Below, one piece after another: positions 56,024 to 64,000 of a DNA stretch of 64,000 nucleotides. Origin of the DNA: Thermodesulfobacteriota bacterium (GTDB lineage: Bacteria > Desulfobacterota > Desulfarculia > JACQYL01); contig CAXXLZ010000002.1 in assembly GCA_963675595.2 (NCBI GenBank), forward strand, positions 224,001-288,000, read 5' to 3'. Every line of letters begins with the position of its first letter. Position 1 is the first letter of the stretch. The translations under genes were made by a program, and so were the position numbers. The notes under the pieces are model-generated. The model had not been told where the DNA came from, searched no databases, and saw nothing but the letters and a program-made list of their open reading frames with translations.

Positions 56024-58277
56024 TGCTTGGATCGAAAAGGCGTTGTCGTCTCCCTTCACACGGCGGCGGTTTCTCAAGGGATTGATCGCCGCGGGTGTGG
56101 CGGCGGCCGCGCCCTGCGGCCTGCCGATCGGAAGCGCAAACGCGGAAGAGATCGTTTACGACGAACCCTACCAGGTCTTTCGGAACGCCTGCCCTCGCAA
56201 CTGCTACGACACCTGTTCCATCAAGACTTATGTGAAGGACGGGGTGGTCCACTTCATCGAAGGAGCTCCCGAATCCTCCTTCACGGACGGCGGCCTTTGC
56301 GTCAAGGGCTTTTCCTACCAGAGGGAGACCTACAGCCCGGATCGAATCAAGTACCCCATGTTCCAGGAAGGCCGAGGATCGGGCAATTGGAAACGGGTCA
56401 CGTGGGAGGAGGCGCTGGATCGTATCGCCCGAAAAATACTGGAAATCAAAGAAAAGGACGGCTCCCTGTTGGGCCTCGGACTGACCAAGTATTCGGGCAA
56501 TTTCGGCATCACCAACTACGGCGTGGAAGGCATGATGACTTCCCTGGGATATACCACCCGGTTCGTGGGAACGCCCTGCTGGCCCGCCGGCATCGACGCC
56601 CAGAATTACGACATGGGAGACATGTGGTGCAACGATCCCGAGGATCTGGTCAAGAGCCGGTATATCATTCTTTGGGGAGCCAATCCGGCTTGGTGCTCGA
56701 TCCACTCCATGAAGTACATCTACGCGGCCCAGGAACAAGGAGCCAAGGTGCTGGCTATTGACCCCGTGTTCACCCAGGCCGCGGCCAAAGCGGATGAATA
56801 TTGGCAGGTGAAAACCGGAGAAGACGGCGCCCTCGCCTTGGGCATGGCCCGGCATCTGCTCGACCGAGAAATGGTGGACCGTGATTTCCTGAACCGTCAC
56901 GCGTTGGGCTTCGAACAGTTCGCGGATTATCTGAGGCAAGAGGTGACCCTCGACTGGGCGGCGAATCGATGCGGCATCCCGGCCGAGCACATCGCCCGGG
57001 CGGCGGAGGAATTCGCCTCGGCCAAACCCGCCACCGTCTGGATCGGCTACGGTCTGCAGCGTCACGTCAATGGAGGAGCCACGGTTCGCGCCATCGACGC
57101 TCTGGCGGCCATGACGGGAAACGTGGGCAAGGAGGGGGGCGGCGCCCGTTACGGTCACCTGTTTACCTGGGGATTCAACTACCATGCCCTGGTGCAGAAG
57201 CAGCCCGAAGGGTCCGTCGGATTCTTGGGCGAATCGGGGCCCAAAGGCGAATTCGATTTCAAACAGGAAAAAGCGACCTATTCCGACCGCACGGTGAACA
57301 TCAACAAGACGGCGCGATCCATCCTCGAGTTGGACAATCCCCCCCTGCGCATGCTTTGGGTTTCCTGCAAGAATCCCTTCAGTCAGGATTTCGACCTGAA
57401 CATGATGAAGAAGGCCTTCGACAAACTCGAAACCATCGTGGTGGTGGATAAGTTCTTCAACCAGACCGCTCAGAACGCGGACATCGTTCTTCCCGTAACC
57501 ACGAATCTGGAAGAATGGACCGTCAACGTATCCTACTGGCATTACTGGATCGGCATCAACGAACAAGCGGTGAAGCCCCTGTTCGAGGCCAAATCCAATA
57601 TCGAGATCGCGGCGGCGCTCTCCAAGAAGATGAACGAACTCTCTCCCGGGTCCTGCACCTTTGCCACGGAGATCGACACCAAGGAATGGATGGAGAAGGA
57701 ATTCAATCAGGGAATCTACGATCTGTTCGGCATCCAATCCTGGGAGGACTTGAGGGAGGGTCCTCGCAAAGCCAAGCTGCCGTCATCCGCCGCGTGGCAC
57801 GATTTGAATTTCAAGACACCCTCCGGCAAATACGAGTTCTATTCCCGATTGGCCGCAGACCACGGGCACGACGCACTGCCCAAATACAAACCCAACCGTA
57901 CTCCTTACGGCCCCTTTCGACTTCTGACTCCGCATTCCAAGTTCAACATCCATTCCCAGTTTCAACATCTCGACTATATGGAGGATTTCAATCCCAAGCC
58001 TTTCGTCTACATTCATCCGGACACCGCAGCGGGCAAAGGCATCGGAAACGGCGACCGGGTGAAGGTTTTCAACAAGGTGGGTGAAGTGGTCCTGACCGCG
58101 CAATTAACGGACAATGTCCCGCCGGATACGGTGCTCCTGTACGAAGCATGGTTCCGCAACAATCCCTATAATGTCCAAAACGTTGTGGACGATGAATCGG
58201 CGGATATGGGTCTGTACAAAACCGGCGCACCGGGCGTGGCCATCCACGACCAATTCGCCGATATCGCCCGGGCGTAA
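56007..58277 (+). CDS. Tat-exported molybdopterin oxidoreductase catalytic subunit (DMSO reductase family)
   Basis: TRRRFLK Tat motif, CPRNCYDTC...LCVKG, WGANP, ADIVLP, HSQF, IHPDTA. Confidence 0.93.
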   Translation: MKPWTDAWIEKALSSPFTRRRFLKGLIAAGVAAAAPCGLPIGSANAEEIVYDEPYQVFRNACPRNCYDTCSIKTYVKDGVVHFIEGAPESSFTDGGLCVKGFSYQRETYSPDRIKYPMFQEGRGSGNWKRVTWEEALDRIARKILEIKEKDGSLLGLGLTKYSGNFGITNYGVEGMMTSLGYTTRFVGTPCWPAGIDAQNYDMGDMWCNDPEDLVKSRYIILWGANPAWCSIHSMKYIYAAQEQGAKVLAIDPVFTQAAAKADEYWQVKTGEDGALALGMARHLLDREMVDRDFLNRHALGFEQFADYLRQEVTLDWAANRCGIPAEHIARAAEEFASAKPATVWIGYGLQRHVNGGATVRAIDALAAMTGNVGKEGGGARYGHLFTWGFNYHALVQKQPEGSVGFLGESGPKGEFDFKQEKATYSDRTVNINKTARSILELDNPPLRMLWVSCKNPFSQDFDLNMMKKAFDKLETIVVVDKFFNQTAQNADIVLPVTTNLEEWTVNVSYWHYWIGINEQAVKPLFEAKSNIEIAAALSKKMNELSPGSCTFATEIDTKEWMEKEFNQGIYDLFGIQSWEDLREGPRKAKLPSSAAWHDLNFKTPSGKYEFYSRLAADHGHDALPKYKPNRTPYGPFRLLTPHSKFNIHSQFQHLDYMEDFNPKPFVYIHPDTAAGKGIGNGDRVKVFNKVGEVVLTAQLTDNVPPDTVLLYEAWFRNNPYNVQNVVDDESADMGLYKTGAPGVAIHDQFADIARA

Positions 58278-58289
58278 GGAGGGGAAGAC

Positions 58290-58859
58290 ATGAACAAGAA
58301 TCAGGTCGCATTCTTTGTGGATGTGAAGCGCTGCATCGGCTGCTTTTCCTGCGCCATGGCGTGTAAAAACCAGTACCACCAACCCCCCGGGGTGGTGTGG
58401 CGATACGTCTACTCCCTGAAAGAGGAAATCTACGCACACCACGAGCGGGCCTTTTTGTCCCTGGCCTGCAACCATTGCGAACATCCGACCTGCCTGGAGG
58501 TCTGTCCGGTGGAGGCCTACACCAAACGGGAGAAGGACGGCATCGTGGTGCACCATCAGGATAAGTGCATCGGGTGCGGCAACTGTATCCGATCCTGTCC
58601 CTATGGAGCCCCCAGATATAATCCCGAATTGAAAAAGGCGGAGAAATGCAGCTTCTGCTGGGAACGGCAGGACGCCGGCCTGAAGCCCGCGTGCATTCTG
58701 GGATGCCCCACCAAGGCATTGCAGATCGTTCGCCTCGCGGATTTCAAACGACCCGGCTCGCTTCAATACATCGCAGGATTCCCGCGGATGACCGCGCTGA
58801 ACCCCTCGGTCCGATTCAATCCTCCGCGTCAACCCATGGAAGTCAGGAGGGCGTTATGA
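58290..58859 (+). CDS. dmsB: 4Fe-4S electron-transfer subunit (DmsB-like)
   Basis: Four Cys clusters: CIGCFSCAMAC, CNHCEHPTCLEVCP, CIGCGNCIRSCP, KCSFC. Confidence 0.9.
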   Translation: MNKNQVAFFVDVKRCIGCFSCAMACKNQYHQPPGVVWRYVYSLKEEIYAHHERAFLSLACNHCEHPTCLEVCPVEAYTKREKDGIVVHHQDKCIGCGNCIRSCPYGAPRYNPELKKAEKCSFCWERQDAGLKPACILGCPTKALQIVRLADFKRPGSLQYIAGFPRMTALNPSVRFNPPRQPMEVRRAL

Positions 58860-59662
58860 ACGGCATGGAATTACCTTTGGTATTCTTCACCGTATTGGGC
58901 CAGGCCGCGGTAGGCATGACCCTCATCGCGGCCATGCGCCGACATGCAACCGATTCCGGAGGCCCCGTCTTTGCCGGCCGTAACGAGTGGCTCACGGCCC
59001 TCATCATCCTCGGCGTAGGCATGGCCGCCAGTCTGTTCCATCTGGGGCATCCCACGGGAAGTCCCAGAACGCTGGTCCATCTGAGCACTTCCTGGCTGTC
59101 GAGAGAAGTCCTGATGCTCGGACTCTTCGGCGTGCTGCTCGTCATCGGATTTCTCACCGTCCCCCAAACCTCCGGCTCCTCCGTACTGATCACCCTTACC
59201 GCTTTGGTGGGCCTGGCGGGCCTCATCGCTTCGGGGCTGACCTATGCACCGCCCAGTTTCCCCGCTCTGAACAACGGCGTGCCCGTCCTGCTCTTTCTAC
59301 TCACCGCTTTGATCATGGGGCCGGCGGTCTGCTCCTATTTCACTTCGGAAGACACACAGGCGCTTCTCACCGGGATTCTGGGCACGGCCCTCATCCTGGG
59401 GCTGGTGATGAACCTTATTCTGCCGTCGGTCTGGATGTCCGGAGGACGGGTCATGCAAATGACCGGAGCGGCCCACTACGGTTCGGCCCTTTATTGGATT
59501 CGACTGGGGGGCGAGTTCGGTGTGGGTTTGGCCGTGATCGCCGCAACGAGAAGAATCCCCGTCTGGCTGCCCGTGGTGCTGCTGGCCGGGGAAATCCTGG
59601 GGAGAATTCTGTTCTTCTCCAAAGTCGTCCACACGGCAACTAATATCGGGGGGTTGTATTAG
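58856..59662 (+). CDS. dmsC: DmsC-like membrane anchor
   Basis: ELPLVFFTVLGQAAVG, SLFHLGHP, SWLSRE, GEILGRILFF. Confidence 0.9.
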   Translation: MNGMELPLVFFTVLGQAAVGMTLIAAMRRHATDSGGPVFAGRNEWLTALIILGVGMAASLFHLGHPTGSPRTLVHLSTSWLSREVLMLGLFGVLLVIGFLTVPQTSGSSVLITLTALVGLAGLIASGLTYAPPSFPALNNGVPVLLFLLTALIMGPAVCSYFTSEDTQALLTGILGTALILGLVMNLILPSVWMSGGRVMQMTGAAHYGSALYWIRLGGEFGVGLAVIAATRRIPVWLPVVLLAGEILGRILFFSKVVHTATNIGGLY

Positions 59663-60022
59663 CGGGCCGTTCGGATCCGTTGCGGGGTTCTTCCGTCGAG
59701 TGCGAGAGAAAGCCCGCAACGTCTCTCACTTCTCCGGCGGTGAAGCTTCATGCGGTGATTAGACTTGCGGACCGGGGCGCCCTTGTCGGGGGCTCCGTTC
59801 CCAATGCGTCCGACAATCGGTCTCCTAAGGCCCCCTCACCCCGGTTGCGAAGCGGAAGCGAGCAAACCGCTCAACAAGTTTTGGTGGGGTCCGGGGATCC
59901 CTTTTTCAAGAGATATCCACGCCTACCCTGTGAATAGATACAAGGAAGAAGCCGTGTCCGGCCCTCATTCCTCATGCCCACCGGGCCTTTCGACGGGTGG
60001 ATCCTTGTGGACGATTCTGCAT

Positions 60023-60733
60023 TCAGGAGCTTCGATTCTTGAAGAAGTCCTGAACATACTGGATGTGTCTGTGCATGGCGTTTAACGCGCCCTGAGGATC
60101 GCGCCGGATGATGTTCTCAAGAACCAGCGTGTGCTGCTCCAATATCCAGTGCACGTTGTCGGGGTCCTCATACAGGTGGGTCAGGTTCTTCTTGATGCCC
60201 ACGAAAAGAAAGTCGTAGAAATTCTTCATGATGTAGATATGAACCGGGTTCTTGGTGGCGTAGGCGATGGCCATATGGAAAGCCGCGTCCTCTTCGGTTC
60301 CCAACCTGCCCTCCCGCCCCTCACGCCTCATACTGTCGATGCTGCCTTTCATGAATTGGATGTCTTCCTCATCGGCCCGTTCGGCGGCAAGGAAGGCTGC
60401 GTTGCACTCCAGTCCCATACGAACTTCCAGCAGCTCGTGAATCGTGGCGTCCTGATTCTCCACCGCGGCCGCCACGATGTTCCCGATGCGGGCTTCCGGC
60501 GAACGCACAAAGGTTCCTTGGCCCTGCTTGTGCTCAAGGAGTCCCAGAACCACCAGCTTGTTGATGGCGTTTCTGACCGTGGTTCGGCTGACGTTGAGCG
60601 CTTCCGAAAGCTCCCGCTCGGGCATCAATTGCTCTCCCGGCTTGATGGTGCCCCGAAAGATCAGGTCTCGAAGCTGCTCATAAACCTGGTCGGAAATACG
60701 TTTTGCTTTGATCGGCTTGATGGTGACGTTCAT
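60023..60733 (-). CDS. GntR/FadR-family regulator (LldR/PdhR-like)
   Basis: PERELSEALNVSRTTVRNA, QGQGTFV, DAAFHMAIA. Confidence 0.93.
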   Translation of the reverse strand: MNVTIKPIKAKRISDQVYEQLRDLIFRGTIKPGEQLMPERELSEALNVSRTTVRNAINKLVVLGLLEHKQGQGTFVRSPEARIGNIVAAAVENQDATIHELLEVRMGLECNAAFLAAERADEEDIQFMKGSIDSMRREGREGRLGTEEDAAFHMAIAYATKNPVHIYIMKNFYDFLFVGIKKNLTHLYEDPDNVHWILEQHTLVLENIIRRDPQGALNAMHRHIQYVQDFFKNRSS

Positions 60734-62028
60734 GTTGCGTCCAAATACTCGGCGTAGAGTTGAATCGGATGTTTGACCCGGATACCGGCCTCCCCTTTGG
60801 ACAGCATGTCGGATAGCTGCATCATGCACGCGGGGCAAGCCGTAGCTACGATCCCGCATCCGGTGGATAAAATCCGATCCCGTTTTCGTTCGCCGATTCT
60901 GGCCGACAGCTCGTAGTACTGCAAGTTAAAACTGCCTCCCATGCCGCAACAAGTATCGGCTTCGGGCATCTCCACCAACCGAATTCGAGGATCGGCTTGA
61001 ATCAATTCCCTGGGCTCTTTCCACACACCCAGGGATTTCTTCAGATGGCAGGGATCGTGGTAGGTGACGCAGGTCCCACCCTCCTCCCGTGCAGGAGCCG
61101 CTCGGACCCCGACCCGTGAGACGAGAAATTGATCGATGTCCATGGTCTTCTCCGACATCCGTAGGACGCGTGCGTGCAAGGCCGCGTCCGATCGGGTCAT
61201 GACCGGCCACATCTTCTTGATGGTGGAAGCGCACGTGGCGCAGGAAGTGATCAACACGTCGAAGGGACCCTCTTCGAACCGATCAAGATTGAAACGAACG
61301 AGACGTAGGAAGGTCGCCATATCCCCGGAAGAAAGCGCCGGAATCCCGCAACAGCCCTGCTCCCCCGGGAGGAATACGGGAATCCGATGATGCTCCAGAA
61401 CCTTCAAGGTGTCTTCCGCGATCTCCGGGAAGACCTTGTCGATCAGGCAACCCACGAACAAGCCCACGGCCGTTTGGGAATCCTTCGAGGCCCTCATTTG
61501 CGGTCTGCGTCGAGCATGAAACGGCCTTTCGGCCAGAGGGCGGAAATGCCTGTCTCCGATCAGAGGCGATGAAATTCGGGCGCAGGAAGTGCCCAAGACT
61601 TCGTCGACTTCTTTGGTGAAGACCTTCTGGAAGCGGGCGCCCCACTCGGTAATCCTGTCGAACAGGGTCGGATGAGCCAGCATACCGCGCAGCAGCAGCC
61701 GTTTTCCCGGGGACATTCCCATGTAGCCGGCCAGAATGGCCCGGGCCTTGAGGAAAATTTCCAGCGCACTCACCCCGCTGGGGCAGCCGGCCGCGCAGGA
61801 ACCGCACAACAGACACCGGTTCAGCCGTTCCCAGACGCCTTGGGGATTGTCGAACATCTCCCGCATGAGGCCGTCCAGTAGTGCGAGCTTTCCCCGGGCC
61901 ACGTCGGCCTCCCGCCCCGTAACGGCATACAGCGGGCACACGGCTTGGCAAAGGCCGCAGCTGATACAAAGAACGAGCTGTTCCTCCAATTCCTTCATCA
62001 ATCGGGTCAAGGCCCTCATATCGTCCAC
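60730..62028 (-). CDS. GlcF-like (Fe-S)-binding protein with CCG domains
   Basis: CISCGLCQAVCP, CLLCGSCAAGCP, CCGIP, YHDPCHL, CCGMGG, TACPAC. Confidence 0.92.
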   Translation of the reverse strand: MDDMRALTRLMKELEEQLVLCISCGLCQAVCPLYAVTGREADVARGKLALLDGLMREMFDNPQGVWERLNRCLLCGSCAAGCPSGVSALEIFLKARAILAGYMGMSPGKRLLLRGMLAHPTLFDRITEWGARFQKVFTKEVDEVLGTSCARISSPLIGDRHFRPLAERPFHARRRPQMRASKDSQTAVGLFVGCLIDKVFPEIAEDTLKVLEHHRIPVFLPGEQGCCGIPALSSGDMATFLRLVRFNLDRFEEGPFDVLITSCATCASTIKKMWPVMTRSDAALHARVLRMSEKTMDIDQFLVSRVGVRAAPAREEGGTCVTYHDPCHLKKSLGVWKEPRELIQADPRIRLVEMPEADTCCGMGGSFNLQYYELSARIGERKRDRILSTGCGIVATACPACMMQLSDMLSKGEAGIRVKHPIQLYAEYLDAT

Positions 62029-62276
62029 GACGCTCAAGCCTCCTTTGGGCCATGAAAGCGCTTCAAGCTCACAGCCGCTACCGGCGTCGACGCCCGGTCG
62101 CACCCGAAGCGAACACCCGATCCGGATGGAGAAGAGTCGAAAATAGGTGCGTGGCGAAGCTGCTCCCATGAGGCGGAGTGCCCCGAGAAAACGTTTTCGC
62201 CCCGCACCGGACGATGATATTCTTTAAGGAAAGCAGGATTCATGTAGAAGTCTCCTTGGCTTGGGCGGTGTCCGGT

Positions 62277-62426
62277 ATTGGTATGACCATTGTAAATAAA
62301 ATGGGGCACCTTCCCGGATCCACCGCCAAGATCCACATTAAGTATAAGCCGTACGTGGAAATTTGTCACCAAAATTACTAAGCGCTTGACATGGAGTCCC
62401 CCCCAAATATAAAAGGTAGGACCAAT
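62277..62426. promoter_or_regulatory. Two FadR-type operators and a sigma70 promoter for the TRAP operon
   Basis: ATTGGT-ATG-ACCATT (62277) and AAGGT-AGG-ACCAAT (62413) fit GGT-N3-ACC; TTGACA (62386)-N16-TATAAA (62408). Confidence 0.7.
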
Positions 62427-62598
62427 ATGGACAAGACCAGCCTCACCCGTTCTCATGTCCCCGCTGAATGGTCCCTACCTTCTCACCGGAAAGGAGGTGA
62501 TCACCTCGACGCCCGATTTCGCCCTCTCTGTCAACCCCTAACCAAGACACAGGTACATTTCCACGAAACCGGCCTGCAAACCACAGGAGGATTGGGCC

Positions 62599-63753
62599 AT
62601 GAGAAAAGCCTTCATCGGATCTATTTGTCTGGCACTCGTCTTCGCCTTCACCCTCACTCTTTCCGAAGCTGCTGAAAAACGCGGCAAATTCGGCGTCGAC
62701 GACCGACATGAAATCGCGAAACGCGTCAGTTTCAAACCCTCCACTGAAAAAGTCCGTTGGAAAATGGTGATGCCCTGGTCCAAGGGCTTGCTTTTCTACG
62801 ACATTGCCGTGCATTTCACCGACAGCGTACGCCTGGCTTCCGCCGGTCGTCTGGACATCAAAGCCTTTTCCGCCGGCGAACTCGTACCCGCCATGCAGAG
62901 CTTCGACGCCGTCAGCCAAGGAGTGGCTCAGGTCGGACACGATTGGCCCGGGTATTGGAAGGGCAAAAACGAAGCCTTCGTGGCCTTCGCCTCCGTGCCT
63001 TTCGGACTGGACGCCGAAGGCTACAACATCTGGCTGTACGAAAAAGGCGGCTTGAAAATGATGCAGGACCTGTACGGCCAATTCAATCTTTTCGCTCTTC
63101 CCGGCGGCCAGTGCGGCCAGGAGATGGGGCTCTTCTCCAACAAACGCGCCACCAAGATGCAGGATTTCAAAGGTATGCGCGTCCGTACGCCCGGATGGTA
63201 CATGGACATCATGAACAATCTCGGCGCCTCGGTCAGCCCCCTTCCCGGCGGGGAAATCTACCTGGCGCTTGAGCGCGGCGTCATCGACGCGGCCGAGTTT
63301 TCCTCACCCGCCATCAACTACCCCATGGGTTTCGATGAGATCACCAAATACGCCATTCAGCCGGGCGTTCATCAGCCGGGCATCCAGTGCGCCCTCTTCT
63401 TCAACAAGGACGCTTATGACAAGCTCCCCGAAGACCTCAAATGGATCATCGATATCTGTGCCAAGGAAACCCAGCTCTGGAGCTACAACTGGATCAACAG
63501 CCTCAACGCAGAGGCCATCCGAAGATTTAAGGAAAAAATCGAAATCGTAAAGATGGACACGGATACCCTTATCCAGTTCAGAAAAACCACCAAGCAATAC
63601 CTCGATTCCGTCAAGGAAAAGTATCCGGATGTGAAGAAGGTCCTGGACTCCCAGGAAGGCTTCCTGGAAGAGTATGCCATTTGGAGAGACGCCAGAAGCG
63701 GTGCGGCTCCCTGGCCTTATGATATCTACATCACCGGACGCATCACCGAATAA
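62599..63753 (+). CDS. dctP: TRAP transporter substrate-binding protein
   Basis: Signal peptide, AGELVPA, FDAVSQG, GMRVRTPG, GEIYLALERGVIDAAEF. Confidence 0.93.
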   Translation: MRKAFIGSICLALVFAFTLTLSEAAEKRGKFGVDDRHEIAKRVSFKPSTEKVRWKMVMPWSKGLLFYDIAVHFTDSVRLASAGRLDIKAFSAGELVPAMQSFDAVSQGVAQVGHDWPGYWKGKNEAFVAFASVPFGLDAEGYNIWLYEKGGLKMMQDLYGQFNLFALPGGQCGQEMGLFSNKRATKMQDFKGMRVRTPGWYMDIMNNLGASVSPLPGGEIYLALERGVIDAAEFSSPAINYPMGFDEITKYAIQPGVHQPGIQCALFFNKDAYDKLPEDLKWIIDICAKETQLWSYNWINSLNAEAIRRFKEKIEIVKMDTDTLIQFRKTTKQYLDSVKEKYPDVKKVLDSQEGFLEEYAIWRDARSGAAPWPYDIYITGRITE

Positions 63754-63943
63754 TCCTGCGGCCGGTCCCTCCCGGCGGGTCCGGGAGGGGCGCCGCCCCT
63801 ATGCCGATGGGAAGACACCGGGCCACTTTGTTCAACGTGAAGAAACCCAGCGGCCGGCGGCGAGGAGGAACGGTCCGGACCGACGAAATCACACGGCAAC
63901 CTGAATAAACTTTTTCGCCAACAGACTTTGAGGAAACGGCATC

Positions 63944-64000
63944 ATGTTGGAATCCGTGTCCAAGACGATCCGAGCTTTCATACGCCTGCAGGGAGACGTC
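63944..64000 (+). CDS. Start of probable TRAP small permease (partial)
   Basis: GAGG RBS and ATG (MLESVSKTIRAFIRLQGDV...) downstream of dctP; runs off the window. Confidence 0.5.
   Translation, partial: MLESVSKTIRAFIRLQGDV

Overview
Bacterial DNA whose gene content (TRAP/lactate locus, molybdoenzyme, hybrid kinases, REP-like repeats) suggests an anaerobic deltaproteobacterium; this taxonomic call is inference. Positions 1-28.56 kb are the right part of an integrative element inserted in a tRNA-Arg(CCT). Its right border is a tyrosine integrase next to the 3' tRNA fragment (attR); the left border lies outside the window. The element has a satellite/IME-like core (AlpA-type HTH, zinc-finger/Toprim/DUF927 primase-helicase, iteron array, terminase-small-like HTH, cos-like site) and about 20 kb of defence-like cargo. 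The cargo is a SNF2-nuclease + DUF1156 methylase + DUF499 ATPase restriction-like system with an AT-rich membrane gene inserted, a TA pair, a translationally coupled Hsp70-TPR + minimal UvrD helicase pair (best candidate for an undescribed system), and a convergent DUF559-RecQ + coiled-coil/TM operon. To the right are a UbiD decarboxylase and a Liv-type ABC transporter, split by three IS elements in one repeat (IS110 with a readable bridge RNA, IS4, and an IS1182-like element nested in the IS4). The rest is mostly ordinary: TauE locus, collagen-like protein, radical SAM, hybrid kinase, fluoride-riboswitch antiporter, DmsABC-like oxidoreductase and a FadR/GlcF/TRAP locus. All family calls come from motif recognition by eye; no database searches were run.
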